Assembly (NCBI GenBank): GCA_951406725.2
Contig: OX597831.1
Location: 27,714,001 to 27,778,000, forward strand
Reading direction: 5' to 3'
DNA: 64,000 nucleotides
DNA from: Octopus vulgaris
Taxonomy: Eukaryota
Every line of letters starts with the position of its first letter. Positions within the stretch are counted from its first letter, which is position 1. A program made the translations under genes and the position numbers. Positions 25,893 to 39,651 of this stretch are shown piece after piece. The notes below the pieces were generated by a model. That model saw only the letters and a list, made by a program, of their open reading frames with translations, made no database searches and was not told the DNA's origin.

Positions 25893-27635
25893 CATGTTTA
25901 TTAAAAATCTATGTCACAGTTCGAATCATTAATACTTCGCTTTCTAAGCCGTGTACATTACTTTTTACTTCTTTTTCCATTTTTCCTTCCTTCCTTCTTC
26001 GTTTCTTTCTTTCCTTAAGTCTTTTTCTCTTCCATCTCTTTCTCTCTCTCTTTTTCTTTCTTCTTTCCTTTCTTCCATCTTTCTTTCTTTCTTTTACTTC
26101 ATATTTTTCTCGCTTTCCATGTACCTTAATGTTTTTCATTAACCCCGGTTAGATCTCATGGTAGCGAATTACCAGCTAGAAGTAGCAGCTAAATTACCCT
26201 CAGATCCACAGCCTACCACTTACGATAAGGAGATGAAATACTGGATAATGTAACCTTAAAATAATCGCTTAAAAAGGCGGGATGGTCAAAGCTGGAAACG
26301 CCTTTGATCATGTATCTCACCAATCAGGACTGACTCGGGGTTAAACATCGACAACAGTAACAACTCGTGGCGCCCCATTTGGGAACCAATGTTCTACAAT
26401 TCTCAAGCTGAGTAATACACTGCAAGATGTAGTCCTAGGTACACGTTACCAGTAAAAAAAGATGGAATGTTTACAATATAACATCACCGACAAGTTTTGA
26501 TGTCAACCTTGAAGATAAGACGAGTAGCAGCGATCGAAACACCGCCACCGCCACCACCACCACCAGCGACAGCAACAACAACAACGACAACAACAATCAT
26601 AAGAAAATTATGGCAGAACAGGGAATATGACACGGGTTCAAGTCCAGATCCATACCAGCTGTAGGTCAAGCCGCAAGAGAGGAGATGTCAGTGGCGTGAA
26701 AATTTTTTTTTGCTATGCTTGTTTGATAACCTGGAATTTAGAGAAAGATGTCAGTGGAAGTGTGTGTGTGTGTGTGTGTGTGCGAGTGTCTATAGTTGTA
26801 CGTGTTTGTGTATGTGTGTATGTGTATAGTTTTATATATATTTTATGGTTGTATGTGTTCATGGTTTTATTTATCTATCTATCTATCTATCTATCCATCT
26901 ATCAATCTATTTAGCCATCTATCTATATGTGTGTGTGTGCGCACGCGCCTGTGTGTATGTATATATACAAACACATGGACGTACGTACGTACATTTGTAT
27001 GTATGTATGTACGTATGTATGTATGTATAAATTGTTGTACCTATGTATGTACGTACAAACGCATATACGTATGTATGTATGTATGCATGCATATATGTAT
27101 GTATGTATGCATGCATATATGTATGCATGTATGTATGTATGTATGTATGTATGTATGTATGTATGTATGTATGTATGTATGTATGTATGTATGTATGTAT
27201 GTATGTATAAAGTTGAAAGGATGTGTGCAGGTTTATTTTTGTGAAGTCGTGTCCATGTGTTAAATAATTCAGAGATATATGTAGAAGGTGAATGTAGAGA
27301 TGATGAACTGCAAGCGGCGACGGCGGCGGTAGTAGTAGTGTGGTGGTGGGGTTGTTAATCATCGCAGTCGCGTTGTTGTTTGTAGTTAAAAGCGATAGAG
27401 GTGAGGTTGTGGTCGGTGGTGGTAATGGAAACAGGGGGAAGATATAGTGATGAAGTTGCGGCGGTGGCGGTGGCGGTGGTGGTTACGGCAGTGGTGGTGT
27501 TGGCATCAAACCAACCCTCGCGCTGCGCATCCATCTTTCGGGAAGTCAGAAATGACGCGAATTGATGGAGGTGATGAAAATCCTGATTGCCCTTCTTTCC
27601 AGTTACCCAACCAGCCAGCCAACCACACTACCTTT

Positions 27636-28148
27636 GTGTAAAGATTTAAAATTCAGAGTACCCATCCACCCTGGTGTAAAGACTATATTCTAGGATCTCA
27701 ATCACCTCTGGTGTAAAGATTCACGAATTAAAGCTTCAGCTTACCTTCGTTAAAAATTAACGATTTAAGGTCTCCAATCACTCTATGTAGTAAAGATTTA
27801 CAATTTAGGGTCCTCGCCCGCTCCTTGTATAAAGACACACAATTTAGGGACCTCTTCCACCCCTGAGGTGAAGATTTACAGTTTAAGGTCCTCACCCACC
27901 CATTGTATAAAAATTTACAAGTTAGGGTCCCCACCCGCTCTTGGATGTAAGGATTTACAATTTAGTATTCTCGTCCACCCCTGGTGTAAATTTTTGCACT
28001 TTAAGGTCCCGCCAACTCTTGGTGCAAGGACTTACAATTTAGGGTCCCAACCTACTCTTAGTGTAAAATTTAGAATTTAGGGTCCTCGCTCATTCCTGAT
28101 GTTAAAATTTACAATTTAGGGTGCCCACTCACTTATGGTGTAAAGTTA
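27636..28148. repeat. Diverged minisatellite, about 13 units of 38-39 bp
   Basis: Approximate consensus GTGTAAAGATTTACAATTTAGGGTCCCCACCCACTCTTG. Confidence 0.88.
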
Positions 28149-28494
28149 TATTAAATGACAATTATAGGTTTCCTTTTTTGTAACACATAGCACACGACTG
28201 TCTATATATATAACACCAACAGCGATTCAAAGAATCTAAGTGAAATCACGGTAAACTCTCTGCGGTAAGCCAAAATATTCACCGCCCATAGAATGTTATG
28301 TTGAGAGATTTTTATTCATGTCGTTATAACACAACTATAAATATGTATCTATATGCGTGTTTATAAGTGTGTAAGGCGCGTTGCGAGATGTCTACGAAAC
28401 AGCTGTCAAAATGAATCAAGATGAATACGGAACAGCTGTCAAAATATGCAGTATTTTATTTCTCACTTCTCCCAAATTTGATTACAAACATACA

Positions 28495-28550
<56 letters not shown>

Positions 28551-28721
28551 GTGTGTGTTTATGTATTGTGTGCCTTGTGTGTGCGTGCCTATCTGAGGAC
28601 TCAAACCCTGTATCGATCGCTTTCATGTTACCAACTACAATACAGAGTACCTGCCGAAAGCTAAATCGTCAATCTCTTATCGCTAAAAGGGTATGTTGGT
28701 CTAATTATAATGTATTTTACG

Positions 28722-29128
<407 letters not shown>

Positions 29129-29262
29129 CATTCTCACACAAGTTACTTTGGTGTTTGAAAATGCACCTGAGTCTTAATTTTGTAACGAATTTATTAAGAT
29201 ACCAAACCGGTTTCAATAATTTTTGGTTTTCAAAGATTAAAGAAAAACGTTTAGTATGTATA

Positions 29263-29642
29263 TCTCTCTATATAAACGGCAGTTTGTCTGTGCGTGTTTC
29301 TGTGTGTCTGTTTTCTTGTACCCTCACCCTGACCACGGCTTTCAACCGATTCTGATGAAACTTGACACACACATAGCCCAATGTCATAATTCAAAACTAA
29401 CGCAGCGAAAATTTTGAAAAGTTCCCCCAGTTCTGAAAAAATCGATAAATTCGACATGGGGTCGAGAATCAGAAACACAAACCGCAAACTGTCTAGGGGA
29501 CGCAACTCCACCTTTTTTAACTAAAAAAAAAATTTGCCATCATTTTTTCCCATCTTTTTGCTATTTTTTGGCTATAACTCTCTAAAAATGCTTTATAGTT
29601 ATTTCCCTTACAAACCTGAGCAACGCCGGGTGATACTGCTAG
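29263..29642 (+). mobile_element. Non-autonomous Helitron
   Basis: A|TC 5' end, subterminal hairpin CC(T)GAGCAACGCCGGG, CTAG|T 3' end, no TSD; near-identical to 46103-46475. Confidence 0.85.
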
Positions 29643-29656
29643 TATATATATATATA

Positions 29657-30031
29657 GGCGCAGGAGTAGCTGTGTGGTAGGTAGCTTGTTTACCAGCCAC
29701 ATGGTTCCGTGGCACCTTGGGCAAGTGTCTTCTACTATAGCCTCGGGCCGACCAAAGCCTTGTGAGTGGATTAGGTAGACGGAAACTGAAAGAAGCCCGT
29801 CGTATATATGTATATATGTGTGTGTGTGCGTGTTTGTCCCCCTAGCATTGCTTGACAACCGATGCTGGTGTGTTTATGTCCCCATCACTTAGCGGCTCGG
29901 CAAAAGAGACCGATAGAATAAGTACTGGGCTTACAAAGAATAAGTCCCGGGTCGAGTTGCTCGATTAAAGGTGGTGCTCCAGCATGGTCGCAGTCAAATG
30001 ACTGAAACAAGTAAAGAGTAAGAGTAAGAGT
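29657..30031 (+). mobile_element. SINE family A
   Basis: Homology; B-box region deleted. Confidence 0.9.
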
Positions 30032-30092
30032 ATAAGAAAAAGGGAGAAGGACAATTTCAATTCTCCCCACGTGTAGAGTTTTAATGCAAAAT

Positions 30093-30435
30093 TATATAAA
30101 ATAAAAGAAGAAAAAATGTACGCAGTTTACATAGTTTTAATATACGTTTTAATGTATTTTATAAGTGAAAAATATTGTGTTTGTCAACCGGTTTCGCTTT
30201 TGCCAATCATGAGATTGAAATTATTGTAATTTCGTATTTTCTTCAGAAGATTTTAGTTCATGTTGTGTGTGGAGAAGTTTGTGAATGAATGAATCACCAG
30301 ATCTTGTTGATTCATTCGCAAATTTCTCCACACATGATTAGCGAAAGTGAAACTGGTCGACAAACGCAATACTCTTTCATTTATAAAATATATTAAAACT
30401 ATGTAAACTGTGTGCATTTTCCTTATTTCATTATA
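30093..30435. mobile_element. Foldback element with a decayed long-stem-II hammerhead
   Basis: Arms about 30112-30211 and 30333-30420 are inverted; inner hairpin 30266-30334; GAAAC(C/T)GGT(C/T)GACAAA motif in both arms. Confidence 0.7.
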
Positions 30436-30446
30436 CACACACACAC

Positions 30447-31600
30447 TAGCAATGCATCCCGGCGTTTCCCGGTTGTTGTGACCTACAGCCACATTGTATT
30501 ATCTGTTCCTTTCTTATGGGTAGAATTGCCTCAGCTGATATATAGTGAACTGGATCACAGGCATAATGGAAGTTATCGTTTGGTTAAAAGTGAAGGGGAG
30601 GGTACAATTTGTTCTTAAGAAGGATCACAAACTATGTATTGTTTCATTGTATAAAAGGGAGTTAATACGATTTTGTTCAGAGATTAAGTTTTCAAAATTT
30701 TAATTACCGCCCCCCGTCCCCATCGCAATTTCTTAACTTGTAACTTTTTTCGAATTTTTTTTTTTATCCACGTAGAAAAATACAGAGATTAGGAATCTGG
30801 ATCATACATGCATTTTTAAAAGTTTCATTTTTCTTAAAGAAACACTCAATGGGATGGATCATCTCTGAAAACAGCTTCAAGAGTTGTGAAGAACGAATTT
30901 ATACGTAGTCTGTTTCTGAGAGCTATTCTGAGACTTCTGTTTCATCATTAAAACATTGATTTAATGATCCAGCATTAAGTGCTGCAACATGCATTTCCTG
31001 ATGTTGAGAAAATCTCATCTAGCTTCTCTCTTCAGACTCTCGCCTTCGGTTTTCTACAATCCTCCTTGCGTTATACTTGTTTCTGGAAAGATTACGTCTT
31101 TTCTTTGGTGGCATAATTTTTCAATATTGTAAACAAAAAATTATGAACATAGAAAGAAATTATACATTAATCCCTAGTTTTTTGTAAGCAGTTTTATCCG
31201 TAGAAATTTTATTTGAAGAAAGCAGAAATTGAAAGAAGAGTAAGCGGAAAGAACAGAGAAAGAAAGTGAAAGATGTATGTAAGTCTATATGAAATGGACG
31301 TGTGTGTGTGCGTGCATGCGTGAGTATGTGCTTGCGCGTGTGTATGTGAGAGAGAAAGAGGGTGAAAAAGAGAGATAGAGTGAGTGAAGGTGTGTCTTTT
31401 AAGTTAAACACACATATAGAAAATGTGACGTCATCGTATAAAATGTTTATGATAATCGATTTGTGGTAAAGATTATTTGAAATGCAAATATGTGAATGGA
31501 AATTAAGTATAATTTGTAGCCAAAATAGTACTGAATCTTTTGATGCCCCATACGTCAACATCTATGATTCGGTTTTGGAAAGCATAAGTAATATATAATA
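30447..31600 (-). mobile_element. Helitron remnant (RepHel N-terminus plus 3' end)
   Basis: 3' hairpin CCGGGAAACGCCGGG and CTAG|T at about 30447; from ATG 31114 the decayed peptide MPPKKRRNLSRNKYNARRIVENRRRESEE...AVFRDDPS resembles Helitron Rep/helicase N-termini; 5' boundary uncertain. Confidence 0.55.
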
Positions 31601-32257
31601 TACAGGACAGTATGTCACATAACAATACAGACGTAAGACCTGGTAGAAATAGCAGCCAAATCTCCCTCAAAACACCATACTGTCTTAATCCGACAATTCT
31701 GCCTATTATGTAGTTTTAATGAGAAACTGTAACTAAAGATGAAGTTTATTAACCCCACAAAGAGAAGAAAGAAGAGAGACAGTATAGCGACTGTTTTGGC
31801 TGACTGTCATCCTGTACTCCTCTTGTTGTTAGCGAAATGGTATGTGCCGGCTGTCTAAGCAACTGGTTGTTTTATGGCGGAACAAACAGGACATTAAAGA
31901 TTACAAAACCAGCGATTCTCACTTTGAAACTAACGATTTTGAAAATCTTTTTTAGATTACGGAACGCCCCGCTCTATCATGTATTCATATTTAAAATTTC
32001 AGCGCTATCGGATGAACAATACTCGAGTTATAATCGCACAAACAAACAGACGGATATTATGTGTGTGTGTGTGTGTGTGTATATATGTATGTATGTATGT
32101 ATATATGTATGTATGTACATATATATATATATATATGTACATACATACATACATACATACATCGCTGGTCACATATATATATATATGCAAATACATATAT
32201 ACATACACACACATAGAGCCTATATAAAAACACTCCGTTCCGTCTGTCTGTTTGTGC

Positions 32258-32330
<73 letters not shown>

Positions 32331-32851
32331 CATACATACATATATATATATACATACATACATACATACATGCATATATACACACACATATATATAAAAT
32401 CCGTTCCGTCTGTCTGTTTATATGCATGTATGTATGTATGTATATGTATGTATGTATGTATGTATGTATTATAAGTGTGAGTGTGAGTGTGTGTGTATGT
32501 GCATGTGAGAGAGAGAGAGAGATAGGGGAGAGGGTGGTTGTATCTGAGAGATTTATAGTTTTCTTTTAGAAAAACTGTGAAACGGCAAAATAAACATCAC
32601 GAGATGATGGACGTTTGCCACCCAGTTTTGTTCAAAGCTTTTTACGAGTGACTTTTTCCGTAATCACAGTTTAAACACACATATACTAAACGTATGTCTC
32701 GCTTGAAGCACTTAACATAAAGTAGATTTAAATACGGGTAAATAACAAAAATAAAAATAAAAATAAATATATAAAATAGTATTTAAATAGCTAGCTATAT
32801 AGGTAGTTAGTTAGTTAGTTAGTTAGTTAGGTAGGTAGTTAGTTAGTTAGT

Positions 32852-32955
<104 letters not shown>

Positions 32956-33000
32956 GTGATAATTATTAAGTAAATGGGTAAAGAAGTTGCTTCATTGGTA

Positions 33001-33158
33001 GAGTGGCTGTGTGGTAAATAGCTTGCTAACCAACCACATGGTTCAGGGTTCAGTCCCACTGCATGGCATCTTGGGCAAGTGTCTTCTGCTATAGCTCCGG
33101 GCCGACCAATGCCTTTTGAGTGGATTTGGTAGACGGAAACTGAAAGAAGCCTGTCGTA

Positions 33159-33205
<47 letters not shown>

Positions 33206-33413
33206 TTGTGTCTGTGTTTGTCCCCCTAGCATTGCTTGACAACTGATGCTGGTGAGTTTACGTCCCCGTCACTTAGCGGTTCGGCAAAAGAGACCGATAG
33301 AATAAGTACTGGGCTTACAAAGAATAAGTCCCGGGGTCGATTTGCTCGACTAAAGGCGGTGCTCCAGCATGGCCGCAGTCAAATGACTGAAACAAGTAAA
33401 AGAGTAAAAGAGT
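33001..33413 (+). mobile_element. SINE family A
   Basis: Full-length homology. Confidence 0.92.
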
Positions 33414-33454
33414 ACATATATATGAGTGTGTGTGTGTGTGTGCTATATAATTAT

Positions 33455-33500
<46 letters not shown>

Positions 33501-33504
<4 letters not shown>

Positions 33505-34414
33505 GTCATCCCCTAAATAATGCGTTTTCTTTTCAGTTGTATGAACTAAATGTTAGAGGGGGACGAGATAAACTACCTGCATCAACTTGCTACAAAAGCA
33601 GGTAGTAATTTTACCTTGTCCTTATTCTTAGTGCAAGTTTTGAAGAGTGCAGCTTGATTTTAACAGTTATTTTTTCAAAGCTATAATGGAAGTAACAAAG
33701 GAGCATATTCGGTATATTTTGTTATATTAATACAATAAAGGCAACAACGTAACGGAAAATGCAAGGAATATCAATACAGTATTTGGGGATCGGATAATAA
33801 GCGTTAGCTAGTGTCAACGGTGGTTCCAAAAATTCCGAGCCGGAAACTACAGCCTAGAAGAAGAGCCTCATCTTGGAAGGTCTGTAGAGCTCGACGAGGA
33901 CTTCCCGGTGGAACAAAGTCTCATCGTAACTGTTTAGAAGCTAGCAGATTAGAAGCTTGGATTTGGTCATTCAACCATTCATCGACACATGCGTGCCATC
34001 GGAGAAGTCAGCAAATTGGGTCAATGGGTTCCTCACAAACTTTCCGAATCGAATGCACGCCCACATACAGCGAGGATGACATTCCAAAGGCTGGAGCAGA
34101 GTGAATGAGAAACGATGCCTCACCCACCATATTCGTCGGACATTGCCCTTTCGGATTATCATTTATTCCACAATCTTCAAAATCAGTTGAACGGAAAAAT
34201 TATGAATTCTGTAGACGAGGTCAGAACAGTACCGAATGAATATTTTTTTGTCACGGACAAGTGAATTTTGGAAGAGGGGCTTTGCAAATCTACCATATAG
34301 ATGGAAGGGCATTGTAGAAAATTAAGGAGAGTATAGATTAAAAGAGAACTTTGCTTATCTTAATTTTGAAAAATAAAAGAAGTATAAAAAACCGTATTAT
34401 TTATGGGATGACCG
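33501..34414 (+). mobile_element. Internally deleted mariner with both TIRs
   Basis: TIRs TTGGGTCATCCCCTAAATAATGCG and CCGTATTATTTATGGGATGACC in TA context; from ATG 33686: MEVTKEHIRYILLY..CQRWFQKFRAGNYSLEEEPH, GQWVPHKL (WVPHEL motif), PHPPYSSDIALSDYHLF (YSPDLAPSD motif); stops and a large central deletion. Confidence 0.92.
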
Positions 34415-34449
34415 TATATATATGTATATATTCTTTCTTTCTTCTTCTT

Positions 34450-34836
34450 CTTTTTACTTGTTTCAGTCATTTTGACTGCGGCCATGCTGGAGCACCGCCT
34501 TTAATCGAGCAACTCGACCCCGGGACTTATTCTTTGTATGCCCAGTACTTATTCTATCGGTCTCTTTTGCCGAACCGCTAAGTGACGGGGACGTAAACAC
34601 ACCAGTATCGGTTGTCAAGCAATGCTAGGGGGACAAACACAGACACACATACATATATGCATATACATATATACGACAGGCTTCTTTCAGTCTCCGTCTA
34701 CCAAATCCACTCACAAGGCATTGGTTGGCCCGGGGCTATAGCAAAAGACACTTGCCCAAGATGCCATGCAGTGGGACTGAACCCAGAACCATGTGGCTGG
34801 TTAGCAAGCTACTTACCACACGGCCACTCCTGCGCC
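34450..34836 (-). mobile_element. SINE family A
   Basis: Full-length homology. Confidence 0.92.
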
Positions 34837-35709
34837 TATGTATGTATATATGTATGTATGTATGTATATCTAAAGAGTTTCTAGTAATTTTGTAGACAGT
34901 TAATCTGGGAAGAAGCGAAACTATTCGAGTCCTTAGTAAGTGTGTGTGTACGAGTGTGAGCGCAAGCGAGCGAGTGAACGGGTGCGTGTAAACATGTATG
35001 CATGTGTGCATGGGCAGACAGACAGATCAGTGCTAATTACATCTCGCCACCATATTCCCCAATAATAAGAAATAACGGCAATAATCCAATGCCACACCAA
35101 CAGCTGTCTTCAAGAACCACCAACGCTACCATTCCCTCTACATCTCTACGTTTCTTCAATTTCCTCACTTACAACTAATTTAGAACAAGTGTTTCTCTTT
35201 CTGACTAACAAACACCTCTTATACTTCTTCCTCCCAACTTTACCATGTTAATTTGGTTAAGTATATAATACTAAGAAAGTTAAATATACTATGTTAACCT
35301 TGTTAATTATATTACTAGCGGGAGCCGTGAATATTTCACGGAACTAACGGTAAACTTATTGGGTTATTTCTGAAAACTTTATCAAAAATATCTGAAAGCG
35401 TACCCTGTGTTGTGTCTGTACTAATAGATAGTCGCTCGTCTGTTAATCACTGAAAGCTGAAGGATGTTGAAATTCGATCATTACTTAAAGCACTTTATAT
35501 ATATACACCTTATAAAACTTTATGCACAAGTTTATAGACTTAATACACACCCACAAACTCTCTCTCTCTTTCTCTCTTTCTTTCTCACTCTTTGCCTTTT
35601 CCTCTTTCCTCTCTCCCTTTTTCTTTCGCTCTTCGTCTTTCCCTTCAACTAATCTCGTGAAAGCGTAACAGACGGGCTAAGTAACAGAGTGTCAAGCAGA
35701 ATTATTACA

Positions 35710-36282
35710 ACATATTGGTTTGAAATTTTGGCACAAGACCAACAAATTTGGAACAGGTGTGCGGAGAGGGCAAGTCAGAACGAAATGCCCTTCAGCATTT
35801 TGCCCGGATTGCTAGCTATTCTTAATTCTACTATAGACACAAGGCCTGAAATTTTAGGTGGAGGGAACCAGTCAATTAGATCGATCCCGGTATGCAACTG
35901 GTACTTAATTTATCGATCCCGAAAGGATGAAAGGTAAAGTCGACCTCGGTGGAATTTGAAATCAGAACGTAGTGACAGGCGAAATACCGCTAAGCATTTC
36001 GCCCAATGTACTAACGATCCTGCCAGCTTGCCGCATTGCAGCTCACTGCCTTGGTTAACTATACCATATTGGTTTCAAATATTGACACAAGGCCAGTAGT
36101 TTCGGGGGAAGGGGTAAGTCCATTACACAGATCCAAGTGCTCAACTGTCACCCATTTTATCGACACCGAAAGGATGAAAGGCAAAGCCGACCTTCGCGGA
36201 ATTTGAACTCAGAACACAAAGTCGGAAGAAATACCGCAAGGCATTTTGCCCCGGGGTGTTAACGATTCTGCCAGTTCCCCAA
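35710..36282 (-). mobile_element. Cluster of three same-orientation SINE C copies
   Basis: Copies at about 35710-35820 (deleted), 35824-36035 and 36068-36282. Confidence 0.8.
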
Positions 36283-36298
36283 CTTGGTTAACTACAAC

Positions 36299-36407
36299 TA
36301 CAAGGGGTGTACGAAAAGTCTTGAATCTCAAAAAAACAAAACATGGTCAAGACTTCTGATGAAGGTACAAAACTTCAAGGCTCAAAATTTTTCATACACC
36401 CCTCGTA
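36299..36407. mobile_element. Mariner-type MITE (109 bp)
   Basis: TIRs TACAAGGGGTGTACGAAAAGT and ATTTTTCATACACCCCTCGTA with TA ends. Confidence 0.8.
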
Positions 36408-37024
36408 TTATAATATACTATGTGCTTCTGTCCACCATGTTCGTAGAGCTGTCGCCAATGCCGAGTGCAATAACTGGCCCGAAACCAATGGTAACTTTCA
36501 CGTCCCGGTCAAATGCCATAACTAAGAATACACTACAGTATAAAAGTACACATACACACAGACAAATATTTCCTAAGTGAGGCTGTACTCTTTCAGTACT
36601 GAAAAAGTATGCCACATTATGAGATTATGTGCATATATTTATATATGTATTTCTATATATGTGTGTGTGTGTGATTGTGTGTATGTATATACGTGTGTGT
36701 ATGTGTGTGTGTGTATATCTATCTATCTATCTATCTATCTATACACACACACACACATACACACATACACTCACACATATATATATATATATATATACAC
36801 ATACATGTGTATGTGTTTGTGTGTGTGCGTATTTTCATGTCTGTGTGTATTTTAATGTCCGGCGCTGGACAACCGGTGTTGGTGTGTTTGCGTCTCTGTA
36901 ACTTAGCTATTCGGCAAGAGAGATAGATAAAATGAATACTAGGCTTAAAAGAGTACTAGGCTCGATTCATTCGACTAAAAAGTCTTCAAATCATGAGAGC
37001 AGTCGAATGAGTGAATCAAGTGAA

Positions 37025-37065
<41 letters not shown>

Positions 37066-37067
<2 letters not shown>

Positions 37068-37417
37068 CGCATGAGTGGCTGTGTGGTAAGTAGCTTGCTT
37101 ACCAACCACATAGTTCAGTCCTACTGCGTGATACCTTGGGCAAGTATCTTTTACTATAGCCTCGGGCCGACCAAAACCTTGTGAGTGGATTTGGTAGACG
37201 GAAACTGAAAGAAGCCCGTCGTATATGTGCATGTATATGCTTGACAACCGATGCTGGTGTGTTTACGTCCCCGTAACTTAGTGGTTCGGCAAAAGAGACC
37301 GATAGAATAAGTACTAGGCTTACAAAGAATAAGTCCTGGGGTCAATCTGCTCGACTAAAGGCGGTGCTCCAGCATGGCCGCAGTCAAATGACTGAAACAA
37401 GTAAAAGAGTAAAAGAG
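37066..37417 (+). mobile_element. SINE family A (a diverged 3' half precedes it at about 36830-37030)
   Basis: Homology. Confidence 0.88.
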
Positions 37418-37430
37418 CATATATATATAT

Positions 37431-37497
<67 letters not shown>

Positions 37498-37596
37498 TAC
37501 AAGCGCTCGCACTTATATATGTAGGTATAAATTTATCTGAGTATGTAGGAATTTGTGCGTGAGCATACTCACATCGATTGTCTGAGAGAGAGAGAG

Positions 37597-37635
<39 letters not shown>

Positions 37636-37961
37636 AAGTTGGGTTGAGAGTAGCAAAGGTTGGGCAACCATGTCATCAGGCGGCGATAAAACAGTAGCTA
37701 AACAAATAAGGAGGAATTTTCAGTGAGTGTTGTAACGATTGAAGGGGAGATAAGACAAAGCGGTGGGGTGGGAGTACCGATGGCTGGATGGGGGTCCCTA
37801 AATGTCAAAGGGAAACCAGACACTAAACCAGATAACAAGAATGGTTGCCGGCTTTTGTCAGCAAAAACCCTTCGAAACACTTCTGAAAAGGTCAGAGCAC
37901 CTGTATGAACTTCCATTTCTATCTCTCTCTCTATATATATATATAGAGAGAGAGCGAGAGA

Positions 37962-38007
<46 letters not shown>

Positions 38008-38010
<3 letters not shown>

Positions 38011-38402
38011 CTGTGTGGTAAGAGCTTGCTTCCAAACCACATGGTTCCGTGTTCAGTTCCACTGCGTGGTGCTTTGGGCAAGTGTCTTCTACTACAGCCT
38101 TGGGGTGACCAAAGCCTTGTGAATGGATTTGGTGGACGGAAACTGAAAGAAGCTCGACGTATATATATGTATATATCTATGTGTCTGTTTTTGTGTCTTT
38201 GTCCTCCCGCCACCATCACCTGACAACCGTTGGTGTGTTTACGTAACCGTAACTTATCGGTTCGGCGAAAGAGAGCGATAGAATAAGCACTAGGCTTACA
38301 AAGAATAAGTCCTGAGGTCGATTTCTTCGACTAAAACCCTTTAAGGCGGTGCTCCAGCATTACCGCAGCCAAATGACTGAAACAAGCAAACGGAATAAAT
38401 GA
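38008..38402 (+). mobile_element. SINE family A, older subfamily
   Basis: Homology with more substitutions and an AAACCCTTT insert before the tail. Confidence 0.85.
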
Positions 38403-38664
38403 ATCTGCGTTGCGTGTGTGTGTGTGCGGGGTGTCTGGGTGCGTATGGATGTGTGTGTGTGAGGAGGTGTGAGGGGGTGTATGTGTGTGTGTGTGTGTTA
38501 TGTGTGGTGTAATCCTTAAATCCTTAAAAATGTTTTAGCCCCAAGGCCGCGGCCATGCTGGGGCACCACCGCTGGTGGTGTATATAAACTCCGACTTGAG
38601 TTTATATGTACTATAAAATACGTGTTACTGTGTATGTACAAAATAATATAAATGAGCCCTTTTA

Positions 38665-38901
38665 AAGCTTAGCCAGGCTCATGGGCCCGGTTTCCCGGTT
38701 TCAAATGGCGTATGTGTTCCCCAGCTGGACGGGATGCCAGTCCATCGCAGCGTTACTCATTTTTGCCAGCTGAGTGGACTGGGGCAACGTGAAATGAAGT
38801 GTTTTGCTCAAGAACACAACGCGTCGCCCGGTCCAGGAATCGAAACCACAATCTTACGATCATGATACTGACATCCGAACCACTATGCAACGCGCCTCCA
38901 C
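38665..38901 (-). mobile_element. SINE family E (tRNA head, CORE-like block, V-domain-like motif)
   Basis: Head GTGGAGGCGCGTTGCATAGTGG..GGTTTCGATTCC, then CTTGAGCAAAACACTT and GCGATGGACTGGCATCCCGTCCAG. Confidence 0.7.
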
Positions 38902-39225
38902 ACCGTGTTTAAATGCGTAAGTCCTAAAGCAATCTACTTAAGGCGTATCCAGTGCTACTTCGAAACACGGAGTAGACGAAACAGGGACAACTGTAGAAGG
39001 GAAATATTCCTTGTGTTGTATGTCTTGTACTCTGTTCTTTCGTTGTTTGAAAAATAGTTCGTTTCCATGTCTTTGTATTTATGTTTTCATTTCTCATTGT
39101 GTTCAACGTTTTTTTGATGTCCTGTACCCATATATGCATGTATATATACATCTATATGTCGGTATGTACATATATGTATGTATATATGCATATATTTATA
39201 TATTATTTTTATTTTTTATATACAT

Positions 39226-39602
39226 AGGAGTGGCTGTGTGGTAAGTAGCTTGCTAACCAACCACATGGTTCCTGGTTCAGTCCCACTGCGTGGCATCTTG
39301 GGCAAGTGTCTTCTGCTATAGCCCCGGGCCGACCAATGCCTTGTGAGTGGATTTGGTAGACGGAACCGATGCTTCAAATGACTGAAACAAGTAAAAGAGA
39401 GTATATATATAAAAGTAGATAAATGGTGCAACAAGGCACCAATATTTACTGGAAAATAGCAATCGATATAAATACGACGCTATTGTATAGCTTCACTGCG
39501 TATATACTAGTAAAGACGTGTGTGTTCAACAAACATGAAAAAAATTGTCTTACCTCTAGGAAGAACATTCGAAAAATGGACAACCTAGAATCGGATAATG
39601 CA

Positions 39603-39651
<49 letters not shown>

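Noticed and set aside
27636-28148. CRISPR array or telomere
   Set aside because: The variable parts are homologous to each other rather than unique spacers, the context is eukaryotic with no cas genes, and TTAGGG is not tandem.
36355-36390. CTGATGA as a hammerhead core
   Set aside because: No properly placed GAAA or stems; lies within a mariner MITE. The same applies to CTGATGA near 44644 and 15248 and CTGACGA near 22059.
37698-37920. Possible host exon in non-repetitive sequence
   Set aside because: No recognisable domain or convincing splice pair; the ORF runs into microsatellite and SINE.
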